From the NCBI GenBank assembly GCA_038134595.1, contig JAYPVM010000009.1, positions 1-58,111 on the forward strand: a stretch of 58,111 nucleotides of DNA. Reading direction: 5' to 3'. The notes under the pieces were generated by a model that saw only the letters and a program-made list of their open reading frames with translations, did no database searches and had not been told where the DNA came from. Shown one piece after another: positions 47,691-57,651 of this stretch (its first letter is position 1; each line of letters begins with the position of its first letter). This stretch comes from Pseudomonadota bacterium (GTDB lineage Bacteria > Bdellovibrionota_C > UBA2361 > OMII01). A program made the translations under genes and the position numbers.

Positions 47691-48161
47691 TTAAGCCGCA
47701 GCAGCCGTAATAGTCCCTGTCGCAACGACAACACCATCTACGGTAACATCGCCTTCCATAACCCACATAGGATTACGTTTTCGAACGCTCCTCATGGTAA
47801 TTACAAGCGTGTCACCGGGAACAACCATTCTTTTCCATTTAAAACTATCCGCCCCTACCAGATAGAGATTCTTAGAGGCTAACAACTCCGGCTCAGAATA
47901 ACGGGCAAACACCGCTGCTGCTTGAGCCATGGCTTCACAGATCAGAACTCCTGGCATTACAGGCTTTTCAGGAAAATGTCCTTTAAAAAACTCCTCGTTC
48001 ATCGTCACATTTTTTTTTGCGATAATAAAACTATCAGGAACGATATCGAGAATCGAATCAATCAACAAAAAGGGATACCGATGTGGCAACCATTTTTGTA
48101 TCTCCATGATATCCATTTCCACTTTTTCTCGCTCTTGATCACTCATAACCGCTCCATTCAT
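47691..48161 (-). CDS. fabZ: 3-hydroxyacyl-ACP dehydratase
   Basis: LPHRYPFLLID, KNVTMNE and GHFPEKPVMPGVLICEAMAQ motifs. Confidence 0.96.
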   Translation of the reverse strand: MNGAVMSDQEREKVEMDIMEIQKWLPHRYPFLLIDSILDIVPDSFIIAKKNVTMNEEFFKGHFPEKPVMPGVLICEAMAQAAAVFARYSEPELLASKNLYLVGADSFKWKRMVVPGDTLVITMRSVRKRNPMWVMEGDVTVDGVVVATGTITAAAA

Positions 48162-48170
48162 ACCGATACC

Positions 48171-48752
48171 CTACAAAGCAATCTTTTTCTTATCTAAAAT
48201 TTCTATAACCTGATTAGTTATATCCAACCGAGGGGAGTGGTAAACCACAACTCTCCGATCCTTCTCAAATACAGCGATATACCGATGAGCTTCTGCAAGC
48301 TCTTCAACTGTTGTTGCCACTTCGCGAACAACCTTTGACAGCTCTTCGCTGTTGCGGCGGGCAATCTCCTCTTGCAAATCCTGGTATTTTCGTTGAAGGT
48401 CTAGCTGTTGCTTCTCTAGTGCTGCCGTCTTTTCGTCCATCGCCGACTTCGATAAGACCGCTCCTTGCTTCTTGAGGTCCAACGCCTGATTCTCAAGTGA
48501 ACCCTTCAGCGAAGCCAATTTCAGCTTAGATTCAGAAACCAGGACCTCCACATTCTTGCGAGCGGCTCGCCCAATGATTGACTCATTGATCACTCGTTGA
48601 ACATCGACGACGGCAACTTCACTATTTTTATCCGCCGCACATACACAGACCGAAGCCAGCAATGAAGCAGAGAAAGCCCCAAAAAAGGTCACAATTTTAA
48701 GATAGTAGCGAACCAATCCCATACCTAATGCTCTAAAATACGGGGCTACCAT
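48171..48752 (-). CDS. skp: OmpH/Skp periplasmic chaperone
   Basis: VAVVDVQRVI, long coiled coil and DITNQVI; upstream of fabZ; exact start uncertain. Confidence 0.88.
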   Translation of the reverse strand: MVAPYFRALGMGLVRYYLKIVTFFGAFSASLLASVCVCAADKNSEVAVVDVQRVINESIIGRAARKNVEVLVSESKLKLASLKGSLENQALDLKKQGAVLSKSAMDEKTAALEKQQLDLQRKYQDLQEEIARRNSEELSKVVREVATTVEELAEAHRYIAVFEKDRRVVVYHSPRLDITNQVIEILDKKKIAL

Positions 48753-48893
48753 AACAGGCTCACAAAAAAAGTGCTAGGGTAGTCAAAACTGCAGAAAGAC
48801 CGACCGGGAACGCGGCTCAAGTCTTAAATATCTCTTTTAAATTAGGGGGTTGAAGAAACTAGCAGACGACACAACTGGTCGCCTCAAGAATAC

Positions 48894-50903
48894 CTAGTGC
48901 AAAAGATTAGACCCCGCGCCAACACTATCGAACCGTTTGGTCGCTTTTTTTACAGAGCGCCCTCTAATGCCCGAAAGCACTCTTCGCAACGCACGAACAT
49001 CGCTTAACCCTAATTTCCGAGCAAAGCCAACCGGAATTTTCCGACGTGCTCCACCCTCAGAACGCATACATTCACGATAGCAACGCTCAGACCTGATTAT
49101 TGAGCGCAACGCAAGCTTGTGCCAGCGAACTCTTCCAACTCCAGCTTTTGTAAGAATCGCCAACTTTTCCGCTGTAGATGCTATGTAGTACAGAAGGCGC
49201 CAGCGCATCTGAATATCCCCAACAGTAGAGAAGAACTCTTCTGCACGATTGAATGAAAGAACGGCACTTTCAAGAATACCAACGTCGCTGTCTTTACCGA
49301 TATGGAAAAGATGCCACCCAGTGAGCACCTCGACAATAGCAAGGCCCTGGTAATGCCCTACGGTCTCAAAAAGATTCCGTGCGGTCGAAAGACACTTAAG
49401 CGCCTCTATTCTCTTCTCTCCACGCCCCAAAAACTGTGCTCGTAGGAGTTCGGTTTCGCCAAGAATAATTTTCGCATCTTCAAGCGGCATGAAGGCTTCC
49501 ACCAAACCACTCAATTTATTAAGACTACGCTCAAGATCATTGCTATCCGTGAGCTCTGCTGATTCTCGCTCTACTTGCTCACGATACATACACTCATAAG
49601 CCTGAAGGGCGCTGCCATACGACAGTAGAATTGCTCCATTCCTCTCTTCCATGTTCGAGACTTCTCTCCACAATCGAGCCGCCTTATCCCACGAATTGTC
49701 CAATCCAAGAGCTATCGCTTCAATTGAAAGTAATGCGCCGTCAACATTGACTCCAACGCCATTAGAACCCCTTTTTGTAGCAACCATCCGTAGGTATGCT
49801 AGAACTTCCTTTGGCTTCTTAAACTCCAGTAGAAGCCGGGCAATTTGCGCCCCCTGTCCAGCTAAAGTATGTTGACTATTGTAGTCGCGGGCTAAAGCAA
49901 CGCGAACCGAATCCATCTGCTGTTCATCCCTCTCAATCCGATAGATTTCATGAATCAACAACAGCACCGACACCTCTCCGTACAAGTACCCCGACTCCCT
50001 AGCAATCCGTAACGCATCCTGCGCCAGTAGAAGGGCTGGGACGTTTTTTCTGCTTAAACATAAATCACGCGCGAGCGAAAAAACGGCCTCGAATGCACCA
50101 CTTAAAAATCCTTCTCTTTCAAGCTCAGAGCCACATCGGCGTAACGTATCTTCGTTACGCTTACCGTCTGGCTGGAGCCGTTCGGACACCAAATCAAACA
50201 ACCGTTTATCAATCACGCCGGCATCCCCGAGGCGAGCCCTAAACGCTAACTGCACGCTTCGCTCTGGTGCAATCGATTTTGATTCGATGAGATATTCAAG
50301 CCTGGCGACCTCCAATAGAATATCATCATGCAACCCACACAATCCATCGCCACTATCGAGTGTTCCCAATACTCCTTTAGCTGCCATCGTATCGATTGGA
50401 GCGCACAACAAATAGCTCTTGCATAACTCAATTAGCAGCAATGCTCGCTCCCTTTGATTCTTCGTTCTGGAGATGCCATCTAAGAGAACACCTCGAGCAC
50501 TTAGAACACTTTGCTCCGTCAAGGCATTAGTAACCGCTCCATAAAACAGGGCGCGAGCAAGAAGCAGTCCCACTCGTGTCTTGTCTGCACTTGAGTGATC
50601 ACATCCGTTGATCAATTCATAGTATCGATTGAGCCCTGAGAGACTTTCGTTGACGCTACCTTCAACTATCAGTTCACAAAAGCACGTGTATGCATAAAAA
50701 AGGCGTTTGGCCTCGTTCGGCTCGACCCTCTGGGATGCTTCTCTCGACATCGCAAGCGCTCTTCGAAACTGGCCTGCTTCAATCAAAAGATCCAGCACCT
50801 CCGCAATTCGCCAGCGTCTCTTCTCACGTATGGTGGAGTCCTCTGATAAAAGACCTAATAAGGCTGACAAATCCGAACGACCTAAATATTCGCTTGACTC
50901 CAT
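48894..50903 (-). CDS. Large TPR-like alpha-solenoid hypothetical protein
   Basis: 669 aa; repeated helix pairs (e.g. EALKCLSTARNLFETVG, AVLSFNRAEEFF); basic C-terminal tail. Confidence 0.65.
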   Translation of the reverse strand: MESSEYLGRSDLSALLGLLSEDSTIREKRRWRIAEVLDLLIEAGQFRRALAMSREASQRVEPNEAKRLFYAYTCFCELIVEGSVNESLSGLNRYYELINGCDHSSADKTRVGLLLARALFYGAVTNALTEQSVLSARGVLLDGISRTKNQRERALLLIELCKSYLLCAPIDTMAAKGVLGTLDSGDGLCGLHDDILLEVARLEYLIESKSIAPERSVQLAFRARLGDAGVIDKRLFDLVSERLQPDGKRNEDTLRRCGSELEREGFLSGAFEAVFSLARDLCLSRKNVPALLLAQDALRIARESGYLYGEVSVLLLIHEIYRIERDEQQMDSVRVALARDYNSQHTLAGQGAQIARLLLEFKKPKEVLAYLRMVATKRGSNGVGVNVDGALLSIEAIALGLDNSWDKAARLWREVSNMEERNGAILLSYGSALQAYECMYREQVERESAELTDSNDLERSLNKLSGLVEAFMPLEDAKIILGETELLRAQFLGRGEKRIEALKCLSTARNLFETVGHYQGLAIVEVLTGWHLFHIGKDSDVGILESAVLSFNRAEEFFSTVGDIQMRWRLLYYIASTAEKLAILTKAGVGRVRWHKLALRSIIRSERCYRECMRSEGGARRKIPVGFARKLGLSDVRALRRVLSGIRGRSVKKATKRFDSVGAGSNLLH

Positions 50904-50921
50904 ACCTGATAAGCCTAATTT

Positions 50922-51620
50922 CTATAATGCAACCTGGAGGTTTTTTTGGGGGCTCTTTGCTGGAATCCCCTGAAAAGCATCGATAAGCGAAACGACCTCC
51001 TTGGCCTGTTCATTTGCTTCCGATATATCCATATACCACGCCGTAGGCGCCTTGTAGCTTAACTCTCTGAGCTCTCTCCTCACAAACGCGTTACTGTATT
51101 TGCTAGCAATCAGAAGGATTGGACATCTAAGTCGATGTGCAAATGCGCGAACATTAAAACCAATCGGAGTAAGCCTCAACGGCAATCCAAATGGAAGGCC
51201 CCGCTCCAGTCTGTCCAAAACTCTCTCTGCTCTAGTTGGATGAGGTCTCATTGAGGCATCGACGATAACCATAGACCGAACCAATCTTGGATTGTGTAGC
51301 GCTAAATTCTGTACGAGCGCTGCAGCTGACCCTAACCCTACAAACTGCCCATGCCGAACGTCAAGATTTGAAAGGACCTGGAATATCTCAGCGGTAATGA
51401 GTTCGTAGTTCTCTGGAAGGACTTCCGGAGAACTAAGTACGATTACCCGACAACGTGCCTGCAATTTTGATGCAATGACATCTGCGAAATTAGCGTATTC
51501 CTCGTTCTCGACAAGCAGTACAGATGGTCGACCTGAACCAACATCTGAAACAATAGAAATTGCTGCCGCACTATTCATTCTTTCACCGCTTTCTTTATTA
51601 CAAACAATCAACTCTAGCAC
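50922..51620 (-). CDS. Degenerate alpha/beta-hydrolase-fold protein
   Basis: GSGRPSVLLV, FVGLGSAAALV, PRLVRSMVIVD and LRCPILLIAS; the GxSxG nucleophile elbow is altered. Confidence 0.65.
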   Translation of the reverse strand: MLELIVCNKESGERMNSAAAISIVSDVGSGRPSVLLVENEEYANFADVIASKLQARCRVIVLSSPEVLPENYELITAEIFQVLSNLDVRHGQFVGLGSAAALVQNLALHNPRLVRSMVIVDASMRPHPTRAERVLDRLERGLPFGLPLRLTPIGFNVRAFAHRLRCPILLIASKYSNAFVRRELRELSYKAPTAWYMDISEANEQAKEVVSLIDAFQGIPAKSPQKNLQVAL

Positions 51621-51869
51621 CCTACAGCATAAAAAAATCTTAGTCTACAAACCACCAAGACTCTTGAAATATCAGCGCATTAAGACATGTTCTTTATAAT
51701 GCGTGGGGTATTAATACCTCCTTAAGTGACTTGTTGCCACCACCGCCCCACCACGAATCTCAAAGTCCCAAACGGCCTGTTTGATATTCACCAAGGAGTG
51801 TGAGACAACTGCGTTTAGTTGGCACAACTGGATTGCCATTTTACGATTGGGTATTTATCTAACCGAAAC

Positions 51870-52238
51870 ATGACACGGGATAAGCGAAACCAAATAAATC
51901 AAAGCTGTGCTAATCAAGTGTCGGTCGCCGACGAAGATAGGGGGCCCTTCAAGTTTCCTGACACACTCGACTATAACGAGCCGGCCACACTACATAACTC
52001 TCGAATACCCCAAGAGGGTCCAAAGAGAAACGTTAACTGCACTAATTACGACAAATGCCTGGAGGTTGCCGTTGCATTAGACTGGGAATCATTTTCCTGT
52101 CGCAAGTGTCGCGGTTCGATGGACGAAACCCTTAGATGGAGGATTGGTCGAACCCTTCAAGACAGCGTTGACCGTTACCTTTGTTCAACAGCAAGGAGGT
52201 TTACAGTAATATCCTCTCCCGTCAAAGCAGAGAGTTAA
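51870..52238 (+). CDS. Small Cys-motif protein (putative metal-binding)
   Basis: RNVNCTNYDKCLEVAVALDWESFSCRKC; ATG 51870 (TTG 51819 possible). Confidence 0.6.
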   Translation: MTRDKRNQINQSCANQVSVADEDRGPFKFPDTLDYNEPATLHNSRIPQEGPKRNVNCTNYDKCLEVAVALDWESFSCRKCRGSMDETLRWRIGRTLQDSVDRYLCSTARRFTVISSPVKAES

Positions 52239-52305
52239 CGAGAAAGGGTCCGTCAACATCGAAGACAAGGCAGCAAGGCTTACTACCTGTATAGGTGCAA
52301 ACTGA

Positions 52306-53247
52306 TCAGGTATTGTGTTTGGAATAGTCTGCCGGTCTTCGCAGCACCACTAACCAGCCAAGCACCGCCAGTACTAAGGATTTAGCTCGCAATATCATCG
52401 CTACGGCGAGCGCCTGCGCGGGACTAGCTCCAACCTGTCCCAGGAAATAAACAAAGGCTCCTTCTTGAATCCCGAGACCTTGCGGGCTGATTGGGATAGC
52501 CCCAACGATCAATATAAGCGGCACGACTGTAGCTAATCCAGACCACGTATAGCTAGACCATCCGATAGCCTCAGCGACCACTGCGGTATTAATGATTGTT
52601 AGTAAATGGAAGACTAAAGAAAGCCACATTGAATTTACAAAGAGCGCTTTATTTCGCAACCCGAGACACAACCCATCCTGAAAAATCTCTAACGAATTAA
52701 GCATGCGGTTCGATAGCGGTACTCGCCTTACCAACACCATATGCCAACCAGTGGCGATACTAATAGTTAGGCATATAAAGCCAAGTACTGCCATCATAAT
52801 AAGGCTTAACACTTGGTCAGTAACAGCAGCTCCGGTAAAACTGGCATACAATGCCATCAAGAGCATAGAAAGTATTCCTGTATATCGTTCGAGAAATGTG
52901 CCAGCGAGTGAACGTGCACGGTCGAGCTGTCGCCCTGCCATAAGACTTCGGACAACGTCGCCGCCAATAAAACTCGGCGAAAACGTGTTCACGAAATAGC
53001 CAACCAAATAGAGCGAAAACAACTCAGCAAAACGTCGCTGAATCCCAAGGTTTCGTAAAAATGCTTGCCATTTAACAGCGCTAACTGTGATCAATGCTAC
53101 CGAAATCCCGGCTAAAAGGAGCACATCCTGCGCCGAAACAGAGCGAAGAGCCTCGAGGAGATCCTTTACCGGAACGACAAAATACAACAGAAGCACTGAG
53201 AGCAGAACGGGCAAAAACCTAGCAATATCGGCAATAGCAAGCCTCAT
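52306..53247 (-). CDS. Lysylphosphatidylglycerol synthase TM-domain (flippase-like) protein
   Basis: YLVGYFVNTFSPSFIGGDVVR, LER and IPISPQGLGIQEG motifs. Confidence 0.88.
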   Translation of the reverse strand: MRLAIADIARFLPVLLSVLLLYFVVPVKDLLEALRSVSAQDVLLLAGISVALITVSAVKWQAFLRNLGIQRRFAELFSLYLVGYFVNTFSPSFIGGDVVRSLMAGRQLDRARSLAGTFLERYTGILSMLLMALYASFTGAAVTDQVLSLIMMAVLGFICLTISIATGWHMVLVRRVPLSNRMLNSLEIFQDGLCLGLRNKALFVNSMWLSLVFHLLTIINTAVVAEAIGWSSYTWSGLATVVPLILIVGAIPISPQGLGIQEGAFVYFLGQVGASPAQALAVAMILRAKSLVLAVLGWLVVLRRPADYSKHNT

Positions 53248-53257
53248 AGTCCCCTCA

Positions 53258-55237
53258 CTATCCTACACCAAGGAATTCGACCTCAGCTACAGACCAGTCA
53301 AATACATCGTGACTTCCATTCTGAACCAATCGAACACCAACCACTGACTGCGGTTCGAACCTAACTGTAAAATCAGAGCGCGGGTGTAAAAAATGAACGC
53401 CCTCAGATTCTCTCCCTGACAATACCTCCACAACCTCCCCGGAGCCCAACACAACTTGAACACTAAGGCTTCTCGGATAGTCCTCCCTCCAACGACCATT
53501 ACGAATAGTAATTCCATCAATGGTGCGCGCATCGACAAAGTTTATTAAAAGCACTTGCCCCGCTCGTTGAGGCTCTCCAGTGCCCCATCTAGTATCCTCG
53601 CGTCCGTCTATAGCAAAATTGGGAGACAACGCTGTGTCCAGATTTGAAGCCGCACGCATCGACACATCCCTCAAGCGTTGAGACGTCCCAAATACGGGCT
53701 TAATATCAGAAACCAGTACGTAACCTCCCAGTCTTTCTCTATTAAACGAGTATCCCAACCTCGAAAGTGCTGGAACGACCACAGCGGCCTCTCGACCAAC
53801 AAGTAGAATTGGCACCAAGTTCATATCTGAGCCACGCTCATAATCTTGGATTCGTATCTGATACGGCGAGCCGATCATCCGAAATGTGACTCGCTCCTGA
53901 GACTCAAATGCTAGTCGGTAACCAACCCAATAACTCGCTCTAACCTCGCGAATCCCCCTCTTAACAAGCTCTCTGATAGCTTCTTCATTGCTTACAGGAA
54001 CTCGCCCACGCCCAAAAACAAGGGGCTGCCCTGGTATCGCCTTACCACCCGCAAACAGGCACGCCCCGTTAAAAACTAATAGGCTTATAGCGCAGAACAC
54101 CCCGATGCTCCGATGACGAGCCATTACATAATGAACGCACACTCCCAACAAAACGAATATAGCCACATATATTGGCAGCAAGTATCGGGGTGCGGAAACG
54201 AACCATCCATAGGAGCTTTTGGAAAAAATTATACAGCAGCAAAGAAATAGAAGAATTAAAGTATCCAGTAGCTCTTTACCGCTTCTCGATAAGAAGGCCT
54301 TGTCCCTTCTAACCAAGAAGACACACACAAACAAGCTAACCATAATACTGATAGCAATAACGGTAGCTCCGCTAAAAGCTTCGTTTGTATGCCAAAAGCG
54401 GCGAGCTCCCATTAGAGCTGGAAGCGCTTGCGAAAACACCCCTTTTAATTGCATACCAAATCGAACAGTATCCACAGATTGAAACATGGAAAAAGAAGGG
54501 AAATTCTTCGTTATGTTGTAGAACCAAAAGCCGGCACCTCCAACAAAAAACCCCACTAACCCTACCAAGACTACCGTAATGGTTCGGCAGAGAAACATTG
54601 AGATAGGCGACTCTTTGGCAACCATGGCATTACTAAAAAGCTTTACATGATAGATCGTCGCACTAATCGCAATCGCGACCATAAAATACAACATTTGATT
54701 ATTTACCCACCACCCGATGCCGCATACCAAGCCTAATAGCGCTACTAGTCGGAGGCGGTAGCTTTCCGAGGAGAGCCATCGATGAGCAAGTAGTAAAGCT
54801 ACAGCTCCTAAGAGTAACACCTCGATAAATCCACCCCGAGCCTTAAGATTCCAAATTAAAAACGCCGGGGGTGGTATCGCCGCAAAAGCCGCTGATAACA
54901 ATCCAGCCCGCTCTCCAGCGATGGCTCGGCCAAGAAAAAACAGCAAAACCACTACAATCAATGAGCAACCCATAGGAACGACCTGAAGAGCGAGCGGTGT
55001 ACTTCCAATAAGCAAAAACAGAGCCGATGCAATATACGCCTCCAAGGCCCCCATATAGTGCTGCCCGTAGTAAAACAAGGGGAAGTGCTTACCCTCAGCA
55101 ATATGCTTAGCCATTAGGCCTACAATCGCCTCGTCAGCATCGATCACGAACCGGTAATCAAGCAAGAACACAAGACGCGTAGCCAACGCAACCAACAGAA
55201 TGGCTACTAAAAACACCTTTGTTCCTCTAGTCGTCAC
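53258..55237 (-). CDS. GT-C glycosyltransferase (ArnT/PMT-like) with C-terminal discoidin (F5/8 type C) domain
   Basis: DADEAIVGLMAKHI, YGQHYMG and PRYLLP with many TM segments; C-terminal AIDGREDTRWGT...YPR...WSVAEV. Confidence 0.82.
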   Translation of the reverse strand: MTTRGTKVFLVAILLVALATRLVFLLDYRFVIDADEAIVGLMAKHIAEGKHFPLFYYGQHYMGALEAYIASALFLLIGSTPLALQVVPMGCSLIVVVLLFFLGRAIAGERAGLLSAAFAAIPPPAFLIWNLKARGGFIEVLLLGAVALLLAHRWLSSESYRLRLVALLGLVCGIGWWVNNQMLYFMVAIAISATIYHVKLFSNAMVAKESPISMFLCRTITVVLVGLVGFFVGGAGFWFYNITKNFPSFSMFQSVDTVRFGMQLKGVFSQALPALMGARRFWHTNEAFSGATVIAISIMVSLFVCVFLVRRDKAFLSRSGKELLDTLILLFLCCCIIFSKSSYGWFVSAPRYLLPIYVAIFVLLGVCVHYVMARHRSIGVFCAISLLVFNGACLFAGGKAIPGQPLVFGRGRVPVSNEEAIRELVKRGIREVRASYWVGYRLAFESQERVTFRMIGSPYQIRIQDYERGSDMNLVPILLVGREAAVVVPALSRLGYSFNRERLGGYVLVSDIKPVFGTSQRLRDVSMRAASNLDTALSPNFAIDGREDTRWGTGEPQRAGQVLLINFVDARTIDGITIRNGRWREDYPRSLSVQVVLGSGEVVEVLSGRESEGVHFLHPRSDFTVRFEPQSVVGVRLVQNGSHDVFDWSVAEVEFLGVG

Positions 55238-55259
55238 AACGCACCTCTGCTTTCTTCAA

Positions 55260-56549
55260 CTACGCGCGGTTGGAAATCGTCTTTATTTCGATCGCTCGCT
55301 TTCGTTCTCCCTTGGTTTTCAGGAGCTGTGCGATCCTTCGGGGCTGGTTTTTATCATTAAGCACCCTATAGACCTCCTCATATGCGCGTAGTGTCGTCTC
55401 CGCTGTTCGTCTCCAAGAAAATAGCTTTGATCGCTCAAATCCGCGCTCCGACAAACTTCGGGCAAGATTGTCATCAGACAAAATGGAAATCACATGCCTA
55501 GCACCTTCAAATACATCGTTAGGCTTAATGTAGAGGGCAGCGCTACCCAACACTTCTGGCAATGCACCCGCATCAGAACTTACAACCGGCAAACCAGTGG
55601 CCATCGCTTCAAGGGGAGGGAGACCAAATCCTTCATAGAGACTGGGAAAAAGAAACACTGCAGCTTCACAGTAGAGACTTAACAGGTCCTGATCCTCAAC
55701 ATATCCTAGAAGAAACGTATCGGCCGCCATCGCAAAGTCTCTTAATGCTGTGGTAATGTTTTCCGTCTCGAGACCTTCAGCTATCTTTCCGGCAAAGACC
55801 ACTATAGGTACTGGCAAACTTCGTGCTGTCGCTTGATCAATTACCTCTCTGGCGATTTCGATAATTTTTTGTGTATTCTTTCGCTCATCGTGCCCCCCTA
55901 CATACAGTATAATCGGCCGCTCTAAGGGCAACCCGAGCTTTACCCTTAGCCGTCGACTCTCATCGGGCACTCTCGCTAGACGATGGCCAAACGCATCCGC
56001 AAACCGGCTATCAACACCGCACGGTGTTACTGCTATCCGTTCCCTAGGAATACCGAGAATCCGCTCCGCGTCACAGGCAGTCGTTTCGCTAATGGTCAAG
56101 ATGTACGATGCGTTAAGTATCGACGTCTTCTCCAGCCACCTTGCAAAGCAGTACCTCCAATTCGGTCGATTAGCACGATAAAGATCCTCTAGTATTAACG
56201 GAATTAGATCTAAGAGAGTAAGAACGTATGGCTTGTTGCTCCAGGCAGGACCGTCCATATGAGCCGGAAAATGAACAAAATCAGCTCCTTTCGTTCCACC
56301 ACCCGAAAGACGCCATGGATAGAGCGCTTGTTGTCTAATTGTAGTTCGACCAAAGGGCATCGCGTTAATTAGTTTCGACGCAATACCACTCGAAAGAAGC
56401 TCGTTATGATCGAACCAGGACAAAGACAGATGGTCCGTCTTCAAGGACTCCAACGCGGCTCGTAGCCTTTCAACGTATCGCCCAATTCCCCGATAGGAAT
56501 GCGACTTAAACGTCGGATCAAGAGCGCTTATATCAAATGCGACGTGCAT
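55260..56549 (-). CDS. Glycosyltransferase family 4
   Basis: GIGRY, RKN and FLFPSLYEGFGLPPLEAMATG motifs. Confidence 0.93.
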   Translation of the reverse strand: MHVAFDISALDPTFKSHSYRGIGRYVERLRAALESLKTDHLSLSWFDHNELLSSGIASKLINAMPFGRTTIRQQALYPWRLSGGGTKGADFVHFPAHMDGPAWSNKPYVLTLLDLIPLILEDLYRANRPNWRYCFARWLEKTSILNASYILTISETTACDAERILGIPRERIAVTPCGVDSRFADAFGHRLARVPDESRRLRVKLGLPLERPIILYVGGHDERKNTQKIIEIAREVIDQATARSLPVPIVVFAGKIAEGLETENITTALRDFAMAADTFLLGYVEDQDLLSLYCEAAVFLFPSLYEGFGLPPLEAMATGLPVVSSDAGALPEVLGSAALYIKPNDVFEGARHVISILSDDNLARSLSERGFERSKLFSWRRTAETTLRAYEEVYRVLNDKNQPRRIAQLLKTKGERKRAIEIKTISNRA

Positions 56550-57651
56550 TTCCTGCCCCTTTTAAAGCTATAGAGTTTAGAAAATCCTCTGTAAGACACT
56601 TCACCCGACTAGCGAATTCCTTCGCCGAATATTTCGCCACCCTCTTTCTTCCCTTATCTATCAATCGTTGGCGGAGCCCAACATCGCGACTAATAGACGC
56701 CACCACTTTTGCTATCTCAGCGTGTCTTTTATCACGAACCAAAACACCGGCGTCTCCAAGGGTCTCCGGTACCGCTGCAGCCGAGAATGCAACAACTGGA
56801 AGACTAAAATGCATTGACTCAATCAGAGGCAAGCAAAACCCTTCATGCTCACTCATGCACAAATAAACATCGCTAGCTTCATATAGAGCTCGGACCTCAG
56901 AATCTGACAGAGCCCCTGTAAACTCCACTGAACTTCCAATGCCCAAACTGTCCGCTAAATCACGCAAGGCAAACGCGTACATCTCCGTGTCGGTATCAAT
57001 ACCGACAAGCCGCAACCGGCTATCGGTGTCTGCGTAACGAACAAGGAAATAAAAGACTTTGATTACGTCTTCAAGGCATTTGTTTGGGGCGAGTCTGCCA
57101 ACATGAAGCACCTGAAGACCCTGAGAACCCTTTACCGCTGCGAAGATCCTCTCATCCCTAGCAACCTTCCATCGAGAATCACTAACAAGCAAATCAAGTA
57201 CTGCCACATCAAAGGCACCGTACTTATCGAGTTCGCGCGCATTAAATTCAGAATCGGCCCAGATTTGATCGCTCAATGCACACAGAGCTGGTAGTTCTTC
57301 CACACCGCGAAGAATGTCTTTAGAGACTCTCGTGTTTATTTCTTTATACCAGCTGGCGGGGGTGATGTTGTGATAAACAAGAATCCTACCACCATGCGTC
57401 CAATTAGCATAAAGATCATTAAGCGAGGATCCCAGCGAATAGTGAAGGATAAGGTGTGCATCTGTGCTCAAAGATAAACTCTCAGCCGAACGCGTCCGTC
57501 CCCTATAATTCGGGTGCTCGTGCAGTGCATAGATCTCGCTATCGTACCCTAAAGCTTGAAGTGCCTCCTGAAGAGCCAAAACCTCTGTGGAGATTGCATC
57601 GCCATAACTAAGCGTGTGCACCAACTGGTGCATAGTCGGTACGGTCATCAT
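56533..57651 (-). CDS. Glycosyltransferase family 4
   Basis: GDAIS, YHNITP, VGRLAPNK and SEHEGFCLPLIESM; start at 57651 overlaps the upstream TGA. Confidence 0.92.
   Translation of the reverse strand: MMTVPTMHQLVHTLSYGDAISTEVLALQEALQALGYDSEIYALHEHPNYRGRTRSAESLSLSTDAHLILHYSLGSSLNDLYANWTHGGRILVYHNITPASWYKEINTRVSKDILRGVEELPALCALSDQIWADSEFNARELDKYGAFDVAVLDLLVSDSRWKVARDERIFAAVKGSQGLQVLHVGRLAPNKCLEDVIKVFYFLVRYADTDSRLRLVGIDTDTEMYAFALRDLADSLGIGSSVEFTGALSDSEVRALYEASDVYLCMSEHEGFCLPLIESMHFSLPVVAFSAAAVPETLGDAGVLVRDKRHAEIAKVVASISRDVGLRQRLIDKGRKRVAKYSAKEFASRVKCLTEDFLNSIALKGAGNARRI

Noticed and set aside
51819..51838. Sigma54-like TGGCAC...TTGC site
   Set aside because: GG-to-GC spacing is 12 nt rather than the required 10.
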